From Polyangiales bacterium (GTDB lineage Bacteria; Myxococcota_A; Polyangia; Polyangiales; Ga0077539): a stretch of 64,000 nt of DNA. A model generated the notes under the pieces. It was not told the origin of the DNA, did no database searches, and saw only the letters and a list, made by a program, of their open reading frames with translations. The stretch spans positions 576,001 to 640,000 of the forward strand of contig JBGARZ010000002.1 of the NCBI GenBank assembly GCA_044229975.1, in the 5' to 3' direction. A program made the position numbers and the translations under genes. This document shows, one piece after another, positions 8,465 to 18,212 of this stretch (within the stretch, counting starts at the first letter, position 1; every line of letters starts with the position of its first letter).

Positions 8465-11400
8465 ATGCGCCCCTATCGCCGTTGGTTGTCTCGTGGGCTG
8501 GGCCTCGCGCTCGGCCTCGGGACCTTGCTCGCCACGCAACGAAACGCGGAGGCCGTCTGGCCGCCGCGCCCGGAGATGACCGCCGCCGACCTGTCGATGA
8601 TGGCCAACTGGCCCAACGACCCCGGCTACGCGGGGCAGTGGGAGCACTGGTCGTGGGTGCCTGGAGCGAACCTCACCTTCCCGAACTTCCGCACCGCGGA
8701 GGCGACGATGGGGACGGGCAACAACACCGACCGCGCGTGGGCCATCTCGGTGGGAGATCCGCGGGTGCTCATCGCGGTGCTCGACTCGGGCATCAACTGG
8801 GACAACGACGACATCGTCAACAAGATCGCCCTCAACACCGCCGAGCTCCCGATGCCCGAAGGGGCGACGAGCTACGACAGCAACGCCGACGGCGTGGTGA
8901 ACATCCTCGACTACCTCCGCGACTCGCGCGTGACCTGCGGGACGGGCGCCGTCGCGATGCGCAACCCGCGTCAGTGCCGCGGCACCGACGGGATGCCCAA
9001 CGACCCCAACGCCAACGGCGTGCTCGACCCGGGCGACCTCATCCGGGTGTTCTCCGACCGCACCGACGCGGACAACAACGGCTACGTCGACGACATCGCG
9101 GGCTGGGACTTCTTCCAGGACGACAACGACCCGGCCGACGCCACGCGCTTCGGCCACGGCACCGGCGAGATGCGCTGGAGCGCCGCGGAGACCAACAACG
9201 GCATCGGCGACGCCGGCGACTGTCCGCGCTGCATGCTCGTCCCCATCCGCGCGGCCGACAGCTTCATCGGCGAGGTCGACGACTTCGCGCAGGGCGTCGT
9301 GTACGCCGTCGACCGCGGCGCGCGCGTGGTGCAGGAGGCGCTCGGCACGCTCGACAACAGCACCTTCGCGCGCCGCGCCATCGACTACGCGTACGCCCAC
9401 AACGTGCCCGTCATCGCGAGCGCGGCGGACGAGAACTCCCGGCACCACAACGTGCCCAGCACCAACAACCACACGCTGGTGGTGCACGCCATTCGCTACG
9501 ACGGAGAAAACGTCCAGCGCAGCACGACCTTCCTCAACTTCAACAACTGCACCAACTACGGCGCGCAGCTGATGCTGTCGGTGTCGGGCACCGGATGCTC
9601 GTCCGAGGCGACGGGCCACACCGCGGGCCACGCCGGGCTGCTGCACTCGTACGCGTTGGAGCACAGCCTCACGCCCGCGCTCTCGGCCGAGGAGATCTAC
9701 CAGCTCCTGCGCACGACCACCGACGACATCAACGTGCCGGAGAGCCAACCCACGCACCCGATGTACGACAACAGCAAGTACCCGTCGCTGCCGGGGTGGG
9801 ACCAGCGCTTCGGCTACGGTCGTACCAACGCGCGGCGCGCGATGGAGTCGCTGCGCGACGGGAAGATCCCCCCCGAGGTCGACATCGTCTCGCCGCAGTG
9901 GTTCACCAACTTCGACCCCGACCGCGCGCCCCAGCAGACGCTGCGCATCGAGGGCCGCATCGCCGCCCGCCGCGCGCCGCGCTTCGACTACACCGTCGAG
10001 TACGCAACCGGCGTCGAGCCCGCTGACACCGCCTGGGTGATGGTGCGCCGCGAGACCAACGTCACCGCCGCCGTCACCAACACCCTCGGCGAGATCGACC
10101 TCCGCACGCTCACCATCAACAACCCCGGCGAGCGGTCCGATCGGTACACGCTCTCGGTGCGCATCCGCGCCGTGGCCCACTACGACTCGCCCATCGGTGA
10201 CGTACTGGGCGAGACGCGGCGTGCGTTCTTCGTGCACCGCGACAACACCGTGGTGCCGGGCTTCCCGATCGACGTGGGCGGCTCGGGCGAGAGCTCGGCC
10301 AAGGTGGTCGACCTCAACGGCGACGGCTCGCGCGAGATCATCTACGGGACGGCCGACGGCGAGCTGCACGCCATCCGCGGCGACGGCACCGAGCTCGCGG
10401 GCTTCCCGGCGCACACGGTGCCGCTCTACGGCATGAACAGCGCGCACGCGACCAACTACCTCGCCAGCGCGGCGTACTCGGGCACCACGCCCGCCATCGA
10501 CCCGGCGACGATCTACGACCCCATCGTGGCCACGCCCGCGGTCGCCGACCTCGACGGCGACGGCACCGTCGAGATCGTGGTGTCGACCTATCACGGCACC
10601 GTTCACGTCTTCAATCACGACGGCACGGCGTACGGCCACGGGTTTCCCTACGCGCTGCCCGACGTGACGAGCGCGATGACGGCGCCGGACCGCATCCTCC
10701 AGCGCGGTCTCTTCTCGTCGCCGGTGCTCGCCGACCTCGACAACGATAGCCGCCTCGACATCGTGTTCGGCGCGATGGACGGGCACGTCTACGCGCTCAA
10801 CGGGATGACCGCCGCGGTGAAGCCGGGCTTCCCGGTGGAGATCCACTTCCCCGAGGCGAACACCGAGTACAACCGCATCTTCGGCAACGTCGGCATCGGC
10901 AACTTCAACGGCGACAACATCCCGGACATCGTCGCGGTCTCCAGCGAGAAGCTGCGCGGCGACAACAACACCGGTGCCATCTACATCGTGCACGGCGACG
11001 GCAACCTGCACGCGGGCGGACCGTTCCACCCCAACTGGCCCATCGCGATGACGTCGTTCAACTTCTTCCCGCTGGTGGGAGAGGGCATCTCCGGCGCGCC
11101 GCCCATCGCGGACATCGACGGCGACGGCCGCGACGAGCTGGTGCTCACCGGCAACGCGCTCCCGACCATCGCCTTCGCGCGCGGGGTGCAGGCGCCCCAC
11201 GAGCGGCGCCCGGCGCTCAACACCCTCGCGGTGCAGGCCCTCGCGCAGACCTCGCGCCGCGGCCCGCTCACCAACAACACCACGCAGATCGTGTCCTTCG
11301 CCAACGTGTTCAGCATGGGCGCGTGGGGCGACATGGACGGCGACCAGAGCCCCGACTACGTGATCTCCGGCGCCGAGCTCAACCTCGCCATCAACCTCGG

Positions 11401-12121
11401 CGGCGGCGGTCGGGCGCGCCCCTTCTTCCACCTCGTGGGCGCCTTCCGCGGCCGCGACGGAACCGTCCTCCCCGGCTTCCCGCAGCTCATCGAGGACTAC
11501 ACGTTCTTCATGAACCCCGCGATCGCGTCGGTGAACGGCGACCCGTACCCCGAGCTCATCCTCGGCACGGGCGGCTACTACCTCGAAGCCTTCGACGCCT
11601 GCGGCCGCGTGCCGAGCGGTTGGCCGAAGTTCACCGGCGGCTGGATGATCCCCTCGCCCGCCCTCGGCGACCTCAACGGCGACCACACCGTGGAGGTCGT
11701 GAGCGGCACGCGCTCGGGTCAGCTCTGGGCCTGGCGCACCGAGGCCGACGACCGCACCGCCAACGTGCAGTGGGAGAGCTTCCGCCACGACAACCGCAAC
11801 ACCGGCAACTACGGCTCGCCGCTGTCCCTCGGCGTGCGCGGCGTCGGCGACGCCGGCGTGGTGCAGTGCCCGATCCCGGTGACGCCGGACGCGGGCACCG
11901 AGGAGGAAGACGCCGGCGTGGTGGCGCAGGACGTCGCCGTGGTGGCGACCGACGCGGGTACGACGACCGCCGACGCGGGCAGCGCGCCGACCCCGGCGAC
12001 CTCGGGCGGCGGCTGCGGCTGCCGTACGACGGGCACGGCCCCGACCGGTCGTGGTCTGACCGCGCTCCTCGGGCTCGGCCTTGTCGCCGCGCTCCGTCGC
12101 CGCCGTCGCCGCGCGGACTGA
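8465..12121 (+). CDS. S8 subtilisin-family serine peptidase with FG-GAP/VCBS repeats and MYXO-CTERM tail (paralog 2)
   Basis: Same architecture and length (1218 aa) as paralog 1: IAVLDSG, GHGT, GCSSEATG and a GCGCRT...RRRRRR tail. Confidence 0.9.
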   Translation: MRPYRRWLSRGLGLALGLGTLLATQRNAEAVWPPRPEMTAADLSMMANWPNDPGYAGQWEHWSWVPGANLTFPNFRTAEATMGTGNNTDRAWAISVGDPRVLIAVLDSGINWDNDDIVNKIALNTAELPMPEGATSYDSNADGVVNILDYLRDSRVTCGTGAVAMRNPRQCRGTDGMPNDPNANGVLDPGDLIRVFSDRTDADNNGYVDDIAGWDFFQDDNDPADATRFGHGTGEMRWSAAETNNGIGDAGDCPRCMLVPIRAADSFIGEVDDFAQGVVYAVDRGARVVQEALGTLDNSTFARRAIDYAYAHNVPVIASAADENSRHHNVPSTNNHTLVVHAIRYDGENVQRSTTFLNFNNCTNYGAQLMLSVSGTGCSSEATGHTAGHAGLLHSYALEHSLTPALSAEEIYQLLRTTTDDINVPESQPTHPMYDNSKYPSLPGWDQRFGYGRTNARRAMESLRDGKIPPEVDIVSPQWFTNFDPDRAPQQTLRIEGRIAARRAPRFDYTVEYATGVEPADTAWVMVRRETNVTAAVTNTLGEIDLRTLTINNPGERSDRYTLSVRIRAVAHYDSPIGDVLGETRRAFFVHRDNTVVPGFPIDVGGSGESSAKVVDLNGDGSREIIYGTADGELHAIRGDGTELAGFPAHTVPLYGMNSAHATNYLASAAYSGTTPAIDPATIYDPIVATPAVADLDGDGTVEIVVSTYHGTVHVFNHDGTAYGHGFPYALPDVTSAMTAPDRILQRGLFSSPVLADLDNDSRLDIVFGAMDGHVYALNGMTAAVKPGFPVEIHFPEANTEYNRIFGNVGIGNFNGDNIPDIVAVSSEKLRGDNNTGAIYIVHGDGNLHAGGPFHPNWPIAMTSFNFFPLVGEGISGAPPIADIDGDGRDELVLTGNALPTIAFARGVQAPHERRPALNTLAVQALAQTSRRGPLTNNTTQIVSFANVFSMGAWGDMDGDQSPDYVISGAELNLAINLGGGGRARPFFHLVGAFRGRDGTVLPGFPQLIEDYTFFMNPAIASVNGDPYPELILGTGGYYLEAFDACGRVPSGWPKFTGGWMIPSPALGDLNGDHTVEVVSGTRSGQLWAWRTEADDRTANVQWESFRHDNRNTGNYGSPLSLGVRGVGDAGVVQCPIPVTPDAGTEEEDAGVVAQDVAVVATDAGTTTADAGSAPTPATSGGGCGCRTTGTAPTGRGLTALLGLGLVAALRRRRRRAD

Positions 12122-12150
12122 ACGCTCCTCCCTCTCCCTTCCCTCTCCCG

Positions 12151-12951
12151 TTGTTCGTCCTCGACAAGCCCGTCGGCCCCACCGCGGCGCAGGCCCTCAC
12201 TGCGCTGCGGTCGGTCGACCCTTCCCTCGCGGGCGTGAAGCTCGGTCACGCGGGTCGCCTCGACCCGATGGCCGAGGGGCTGCTCACGGTGCTCGTCGGC
12301 GACGAGACCCGCGACGTCCACGCCCATCGTGCGCAGCCGAAGACCTACGAGATCGACGTGCTCTTCGGCGTCGCGACGGACTCCTTCGATGAGCTCGGGC
12401 TGGTCACCGCGCTCGCGCCCGCAGCGATCTATGGTGGCGTGATCGAGCGTGCATGCGCGGACTTCGTGGGGCCGTACGCGCAGCGCTACCCGCCGTTCTC
12501 CCAGGCGCGGGTCGAGGGGCGTTCGCTCATCGCGCTCAGCCGCGCCGGGGTCGTCGTCGAGCGGCCGACGGCGGCGCGAGAGCTGTACGAGGTCGCGCTC
12601 CTCGCAGTGCAGAGCGTGGACGGCGCTGCGGTGAGCGAGCGGGCGCAACGCAGAGTGGCGCTCGTGCGCGGCGACTTCCGACAGCAGGCCATCGCGGACC
12701 GTTGGGTCGCGGCGATGGAGGAGCACCGGGCGTCGCGCTTCACCGTCGCCTCGCTGCGGGTGCACTGCTCGGCCGGGACGTACATGCGCGCGTTGGCCGA
12801 CGACCTTGGCGCGGTGATGGGTGCGCACGCGATCGCGTCACGCATCCGGCGAACCCGCGCGGGTGATCTCACGCTCGACGGAGCGCGGACCTTGGAATGC
12901 GCCGCGCTTGGGGACGTTGACCCTCCAGGAAGAAGGAGGTGGTCCCCATGA
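12151..12951 (+). CDS. truB: TruB-family pseudouridine synthase (short form without PUA domain)
   Basis: LDKPVGPT, GHAGRLDPMAEGLL, KTYEIDVLFGVATDSFD and CSAGTYMRALADDLG motifs. Start uncertain (TTG 12151 or CTG 12118). Confidence 0.8.
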   Translation: MFVLDKPVGPTAAQALTALRSVDPSLAGVKLGHAGRLDPMAEGLLTVLVGDETRDVHAHRAQPKTYEIDVLFGVATDSFDELGLVTALAPAAIYGGVIERACADFVGPYAQRYPPFSQARVEGRSLIALSRAGVVVERPTAARELYEVALLAVQSVDGAAVSERAQRRVALVRGDFRQQAIADRWVAAMEEHRASRFTVASLRVHCSAGTYMRALADDLGAVMGAHAIASRIRRTRAGDLTLDGARTLECAALGDVDPPGRRRWSP

Positions 12952-13259
12952 ACCACGACACCCGACGAAGCTTCTCGATCATCGCTCTTGGCGCCGCGCT
13001 CCTGGTCCCCGCGGTGGCAGCGGCCGATCCGCCGCCCAACGGCGGGCCGCCCGGCGGTCGCGGCCACGGTCCTCCGCAGGCCGCGTTCGACGCGTGCGCC
13101 AATCGCACGGCGGGGGCTGCCTGCTCGGTGCAACTCCCCGATCGCACGCTCGAAGGGACGTGCGCGACCTTCGGCGACGGCAGGCTCGCGTGCCGACCCG
13201 ACGGCATGCCACCGCACGGCGGACCTCCGCCTGGCGGTGGAGCGTCACCGCAGCCGTGA
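12948..13259 (+). CDS. small exported Pro/Gly-rich protein with a 4-Cys domain
   Basis: AGGAGGT RBS at 12934-12940; signal peptide; core GPPQAAFDAC...AAC...GTC...LACRP. Confidence 0.7.
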   Translation: MNHDTRRSFSIIALGAALLVPAVAAADPPPNGGPPGGRGHGPPQAAFDACANRTAGAACSVQLPDRTLEGTCATFGDGRLACRPDGMPPHGGPPPGGGASPQP

Positions 13260-13338
13260 CCAGCGACTCCGTGGCGGGAGTCTGCGGTCGGCCGGAATGT
13301 GAGGGGGAAGAGAGAAGCGGGTGGGCGGCGCTGACAGG

Positions 13339-13596
13339 TCAGCGATTGGTCGACTTGATCGTGCTCTCGAGCATGCCGAACACGCTCGCGTAGGTCTCGC
13401 CGCGACCCGCCTCGCGAATGCGAACCGTGAGCGCCTGCTCCTTCTCGTTGAAGGACATGTCCGCGAACAGGTTGGCCGAGCGGAGCGTGCCGGTGTCGCT
13501 GTAGGGCGGCGAGAAGCCCTTCGACCGGAGGTTCTGGATCAGGAGCTCGAAGTCGGTGCGCTTGACCTTGTCCCACTGCTTGATGTTCGACGGCAT
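13339..13596 (-). CDS. small hypothetical protein (85 aa)
   Basis: Strong GAGGAGGA RBS before ATG 13596; protein-like composition MPSNIKQWDKVKRTDFELL... Confidence 0.7.
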   Translation of the reverse strand: MPSNIKQWDKVKRTDFELLIQNLRSKGFSPPYSDTGTLRSANLFADMSFNEKEQALTVRIREAGRGETYASVFGMLESTIKSTNR

Positions 13597-13689
13597 GTGA
13601 TGTCCTCCTCGGGCGGCCTTTGTAGCCGTCGCGGAAGCTATCACGGCCCCATCAACCGCTCCAAGGGCCAGCACTGCGGCATTTCGCGC

Positions 13690-14811
13690 TCACCCCCACA
13701 GAGCATCTTCGACGACCTCGGCTTGCGCCTCCCACCGCCACGCGAGCGCCCGCTCTCTCGCAGTCGCTACGCCGTCTGGGTGTTGCGCCCACGCGATCGC
13801 GACCGCCGCCGCGAGGCTCGCCCCCGACGCGTCGCCGTCAAGCACCACGCCCGCATCGCCGACCAGCCACCTCACGCCACCGCTCGCGGTCGCCACCACG
13901 GCGGCACCTGCACCCATCGCCTCCAGCAGCGCGACCGGCGCGCCCTCCCCGCGCCCACCCGCGACCTCGCCCGCGGTGTGTAGAAACACCCTCGCCCGAC
14001 GGAGCCACGCGTCTCGCTGCTCCGCGCCGACGGCCCCCTCGAAGCGCACGTCGACCCCGCGCGCCCTCGCCTGCGCCTCCAGCGAAGGCCGCTCTGGGCC
14101 GTCGCCGAGAACCACCCAAGGCAGCGACAGCCGCGCCATCGCGTCGAGCGCCCGCTCGTAGCGCTTCACGGGCACCAGGCGGCCGACGCTGAGCACCACG
14201 TCGCGCTCGACCGCGTCGCCCACCGCGGGCCAGAAGCCCATTGGGGCCACGACCGCAGGTCGCGCGAGGCGCACGCCTTCGGTGAGCGACATCATACCGG
14301 GCCAGGTAAGGCGCCACGCCGTCGCCTGCGCGAACACCGCCCGCCGCGCCGCCAGCGGCAGCCGTCCGAGGAGCCACCCGTCGGTCCCATGAACGATGGC
14401 CAGGTGCGGACGCCCGCCCCGCAGCGCGCCCGCGATGAGCGCCGACGGCAGCGCGAAGTGGCTCACCCAGCCGTCCACCGAAGAGGCGTGCCGCGCCGCC
14501 AGCGCCCCGAGCGCGGCAACCGTTCGACCGGCCCGCAACCACGCCACCGCGTCGGGCACTCGCCCGCCCAGCGAGAGGCGCTCCGGCGCACCGCCGCCCG
14601 CGAAGACACCACCCTCGCAGTCCTCCACCGACTCGACCCGCACGCCCCCCGCCCGCAGCGGCACCCGCCCGCGGGGAACGCTCCCCAGCAGCACCACCCG
14701 CACCCCGCGCGCGGTCAGCGCCGACGCCATCTCGCGCACGAAGGCTCCCGCCGACGGGTCTCCATCGTGGGGCAGGCTCGTCGTCAACATCGCGACGGTT
14801 CGCGCTCGCAT
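13690..14811 (-). CDS. glycosyltransferase family 4 (GT-B)
   Basis: VAMLTTSLP...AGAFV, VLSVGRLVPVK and EGAPVALLEAMGAG (E-x7-E). Start re-picked at MRARTVAM. Confidence 0.85.
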   Translation of the reverse strand: MRARTVAMLTTSLPHDGDPSAGAFVREMASALTARGVRVVLLGSVPRGRVPLRAGGVRVESVEDCEGGVFAGGGAPERLSLGGRVPDAVAWLRAGRTVAALGALAARHASSVDGWVSHFALPSALIAGALRGGRPHLAIVHGTDGWLLGRLPLAARRAVFAQATAWRLTWPGMMSLTEGVRLARPAVVAPMGFWPAVGDAVERDVVLSVGRLVPVKRYERALDAMARLSLPWVVLGDGPERPSLEAQARARGVDVRFEGAVGAEQRDAWLRRARVFLHTAGEVAGGRGEGAPVALLEAMGAGAAVVATASGGVRWLVGDAGVVLDGDASGASLAAAVAIAWAQHPDGVATARERALAWRWEAQAEVVEDALWG

Positions 14812-14884
14812 CGGGGTCGATGCGCTACCACGAGATCGCGCTCCCCCTCCCGGTGACCCCCGCGGTCGGTCTATAAACGCGTCC

Positions 14885-16252
14885 ATGTTCACCAAGGTCC
14901 TCATCGCCAACCGGGGCGAGATCGCCGCCCGCATCGCCCGCACCTGCCGCCGCCTCGGGGTCGCCACCGTGGGCATCCACTCCGAGGCCGACGCCGACGG
15001 ACTGCACCCCGCCGCCATGGACGAGAGCCACCTCGTGGGCCCCGCCCCGGTGCGCGAGAGCTACCTCAACGTCGCGGCCATCATCGACGTCGCGAAGCGC
15101 ACGGGCGCCCAGGCGGTGCACCCCGGCTACGGCCTCCTCAGCGAGAAGGCCCACTTTGCGCGCGCCGTCATCGACGCGGGCCTCGTCTGGATCGGCCCGT
15201 CGCCCGCCACGCTCGACGTGCTCGGCGACAAGATGAAGTCGCGCGCGACGGCCATCGGCGCCCACGTCTCGCCCGTGCCCGGCGCGGACGCACCGGTGGA
15301 GTCGGTCGAGGCGGCGGAGGCGGTGCTCGCGCGCATCGGGTTCCCGGCGCTGGTGAAGCCCGTCGGGGGCGGCGGTGGCATCGGGATGCAGGTGGTGCGC
15401 GACGGCGCTGGGGTCGAGCGCGCGATGAAGTCGGCGTCCGACCGGGCGCTGGCCTCCTTCGGCGACGCGCGGGTGTACGTCGAGCGCTTCGTCGAGCGGC
15501 CGCGGCACATCGAGGTGCAGATCTTCGGCGACTCGCACGGCGACGTGGTGGCGCTCGGAGAGCGCGAGTGCTCGCTCCAGCGGCGGCACCAGAAGATCGT
15601 CGAAGAGTCGCCCGCGCCGGCCTTCCACGGCGAGGAGGGCGCTCGCTATCGCGCGCAGATTCTCGATGCGGCGGTGCGCATCGGGCGAGCGGCGAGCTAC
15701 GTCGGCGCGGGGACCTGCGAGTTCATCTGGGACGAGTCGCGCAAGGAGTTCTACTTCCTCGAGGTGAACTGCCGCATCCAGGTGGAGCACGCGGTGACCG
15801 AGATGGTGACGGGCCTCGACCTCGTCGAACATCAGCTCCGCGTGGCGCTGGGCGAACGACTGCCCGAGGCGATGCGCAACGTGACGCTGAGCGGCCACGC
15901 GATCGAAGCGCGGCTCTACGCGGAGGACCCGGCGAAGGGCTTCATCCCGAAGCCGGGCGACGTCACGACGCTCACGTGGCCCGAGGGGATGGGCGAGAGC
16001 GTGCGCATCGACGCGGGTGTACGCGCGCCCGGGAAGGTGACGCCGTACTACGACCCGATGATCGCGAAGATCATCGCGCACGCACCGACGCGGGCCGAGG
16101 CCATCGCGAAGCTGGGCGAGGCGCTCGCGCAGGTGGAGGTCGCGCCGCTGGTGACGAACCTCACGTTCTTGAAGGCGGTGCTGAAGTCGGATGAATTCGC
16201 GGCGGGTGCCTACGACACGACGTTCGCGGAGATCTTCGCCAAGCGGAAGTGA
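14885..16252 (+). CDS. accC: biotin carboxylase (acetyl/propionyl-CoA carboxylase BC subunit, standalone)
   Basis: MFTKVLIANRGEIA, HPGYG, GGGGIGM, ERECSLQRRHQK, FLEVNCRIQVEH and YYDPMIAK motifs; no biotinyl domain. Confidence 0.9.
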   Translation: MFTKVLIANRGEIAARIARTCRRLGVATVGIHSEADADGLHPAAMDESHLVGPAPVRESYLNVAAIIDVAKRTGAQAVHPGYGLLSEKAHFARAVIDAGLVWIGPSPATLDVLGDKMKSRATAIGAHVSPVPGADAPVESVEAAEAVLARIGFPALVKPVGGGGGIGMQVVRDGAGVERAMKSASDRALASFGDARVYVERFVERPRHIEVQIFGDSHGDVVALGERECSLQRRHQKIVEESPAPAFHGEEGARYRAQILDAAVRIGRAASYVGAGTCEFIWDESRKEFYFLEVNCRIQVEHAVTEMVTGLDLVEHQLRVALGERLPEAMRNVTLSGHAIEARLYAEDPAKGFIPKPGDVTTLTWPEGMGESVRIDAGVRAPGKVTPYYDPMIAKIIAHAPTRAEAIAKLGEALAQVEVAPLVTNLTFLKAVLKSDEFAAGAYDTTFAEIFAKRK

Positions 16253-16455
16253 GCGGTGTTCGGGTGAGCCCTGACGACGAGTCGGCGCTCGAACGTCGGG
16301 TGGTCGCGGCCGCGACCGCCGCGCTTGAGGCGCGCAATGTCGTGACCGCCGTCGACGTGCTGGTGGACATCGGGTGGCTCGCCCAGAGTCGGGTCGACGA
16401 CTGGCGACGTCGCAAGCTCAAGGCGCCCGCGAAGGCTACGACGGAGGGGAGCTGA
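16249..16455 (+). pseudogene. probable truncated remnant of a DUF2293-type protein (N-terminal part only)
   Basis: LERRVVAAATAAL...VTAVDVLVDIGWL...VDDWRR resembles, from recall, the N-terminus of longer DUF2293-containing proteins; the frame ends after 68 aa. Confidence 0.45.
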
Positions 16456-16482
16456 TGCCCCGGAAGGTCTTCCGGTAGCTCC
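16448..16482. terminator. imperfect hairpin between convergent genes (possible bidirectional terminator)
   Basis: CCGGAAG-gt-CTTCCGG (16460-16475) nested within GGAGCT...AGCTCC. No U-tract. Confidence 0.3.
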
Positions 16483-16489
16483 GGGTGTC

Positions 16490-18193
16490 TCAGTGCTGCC
16501 CGGAGTGGGCGACGCTCTGGAGCGCCGGCGTGGCCAGCTCCTCGCAGCGCGCGTGGATCGGCGGAGTCGCTGCCGCCGTCGCGGTGAGCTCGCGCACGGT
16601 GTGGCCTTCGAGGTCGACGACCCTCACCGGACCAAAGGTCCGCAGCACCTCCTGCAACGGCTGATGCGCGCGCGGCGCCGCTCCGTCGGGCCGCGTCTGG
16701 CACGCCTGGATCTGCTGCGCGAAGGTCGCCTCCGGCGGGAGCTGCGCCGCGGCCGCGCAGGGCGGCCCCACGTCGACGGGCGCATCGGCGGTGCCCACGA
16801 CCACCACGAGCGCCTGCTCGGGGTGCACGTAGCGCCGCGCGGTGGCGAGCGCTGCGGCGGGGTCGACGGCCGCGATGCGCGTGCGGAGCGTGTCGTAGTA
16901 GTCGGCGGGCAGGCCGAAGATCCGCATGCTGGAGACGAGGTCGGCGACGTTGCCCGGCGTCTCGATGGAGAGCGCGAAGCTGTCGGTGAGGTACGAGCGC
17001 GTCATCGCCACTTCGGGGTCGGGCGCGGCCTCGGTGGTGACGCACTCGATGTGGCGGAAGAGCGCGTGCATCGCGTCGCCGGTCACCGCGGTGCGCACCT
17101 GGCCGCCCGCGAACCAGTTGCTCGTGCCGACGTTTTCTCCCATGCGGGAGTACACGCCGTAGGAGAGCGAGCGCAGCTCGCGCAGGTCCATGAAGAGGCG
17201 CGACGAGACGCCGCCGCCGAGCACCTGGTTGGCCACGGTGAAGGGCACCCAGTCGGGGTCGGCGCGGCGCAGTGAGCCGTTGCCGATGCGAATGACGCTC
17301 TGCGGAGACTCCGGCCGGTCGACCAGAACGATCTGGCGAGCGGTGCGCGGCTCGAGCTGGGGGATGGTCACCGCCGGGGCCGTGCCGCGGCGGAGCGTGC
17401 CGAGGGTGCGACCGAGCAGCGCGTCGAAGGCCGCGGGCTGCACATCGCCCACCGCCGTCAGGAACATGTTGCCCGCCACGAAGCGCGCGCGGTGGAAGTT
17501 CACGAGGTCGAGGCGCGTGAGGCGGCGGAGCACGTCGGCCGTCGTATCGATGCGACCGTAGGGGTGCGCCGCGCCGTACACACCTTCGTAAAACGCCCGG
17601 CGCGTGAGCCAGCCCGGATCGTTGCGCGACTGCTGGAGGCGATCGTTTTCACGACGCTTGAGCTTGTTGATCTCCACCTGCGGGAAGGTCGGGTGACCCA
17701 CCACGTCGGCGAGCAGCGAGAGCGCCGTCTCGGCGTGGTCACGCAACACCGACACCGAGAGGATGGTGACGTCCGCGGTGGTCGACACGCTGATCGAGCC
17801 GCCGACGAATTCGATGGTCTCGGCGATCTGCGCGCTGCTGCGGGTGGTGGTTCCTTCGCGGAGCATGTCGCCGGTGAACGACGCGAGGCCCGGGAGGTTG
17901 GCGGGGTCCGTGGCCGATCCGGCACCGACGACGAGTCGGAGGTGGAGCACCGGGAGCGTGTGGTACTCGACGAGCTGCACGGCGAGCCCGTTGGTGAGCG
18001 TGGTCGCGCGCACCGGCGGGAGGTGCACGTCACGCGCGGGGCCGGGGTTGGGCACCGCAACGCGCACGGGCGCAGCGGCAACGCCCGCATCGGCATCGGC
18101 CACGGGCTGGGTCGGCGCGGTGACGGGAGTGTTGGTCCTCGTGCTGCTGCACGCGGAGAGAACGAGGGCGAGGGCGAGGGTTGAGCGGCGCAT
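16490..18193 (-). CDS. M16B (pitrilysin-like) peptidase, non-catalytic subunit, lipoprotein
   Basis: Lipobox LSAC; TLTNGL; no HxxEH; LGGGVSSRLFMDLRE...SYG motif. Confidence 0.85.
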   Translation of the reverse strand: MRRSTLALALVLSACSSTRTNTPVTAPTQPVADADAGVAAAPVRVAVPNPGPARDVHLPPVRATTLTNGLAVQLVEYHTLPVLHLRLVVGAGSATDPANLPGLASFTGDMLREGTTTRSSAQIAETIEFVGGSISVSTTADVTILSVSVLRDHAETALSLLADVVGHPTFPQVEINKLKRRENDRLQQSRNDPGWLTRRAFYEGVYGAAHPYGRIDTTADVLRRLTRLDLVNFHRARFVAGNMFLTAVGDVQPAAFDALLGRTLGTLRRGTAPAVTIPQLEPRTARQIVLVDRPESPQSVIRIGNGSLRRADPDWVPFTVANQVLGGGVSSRLFMDLRELRSLSYGVYSRMGENVGTSNWFAGGQVRTAVTGDAMHALFRHIECVTTEAAPDPEVAMTRSYLTDSFALSIETPGNVADLVSSMRIFGLPADYYDTLRTRIAAVDPAAALATARRYVHPEQALVVVVGTADAPVDVGPPCAAAAQLPPEATFAQQIQACQTRPDGAAPRAHQPLQEVLRTFGPVRVVDLEGHTVRELTATAAATPPIHARCEELATPALQSVAHSGQH

Positions 18194-18212
18194 CGTTGGG
18201 TTCCTCGTTGGG

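Noticed and set aside
5635..11788. Long minus-strand ORFs 5635..8064 and 8402..11788
   Set aside because: Antisense shadows of the S8 genes caused by high GC3; no motifs.
11323..12951. 542-aa ORF suggesting a large TruB fusion
   Set aside because: The N-terminal part is an off-frame read-through of the S8 gene.
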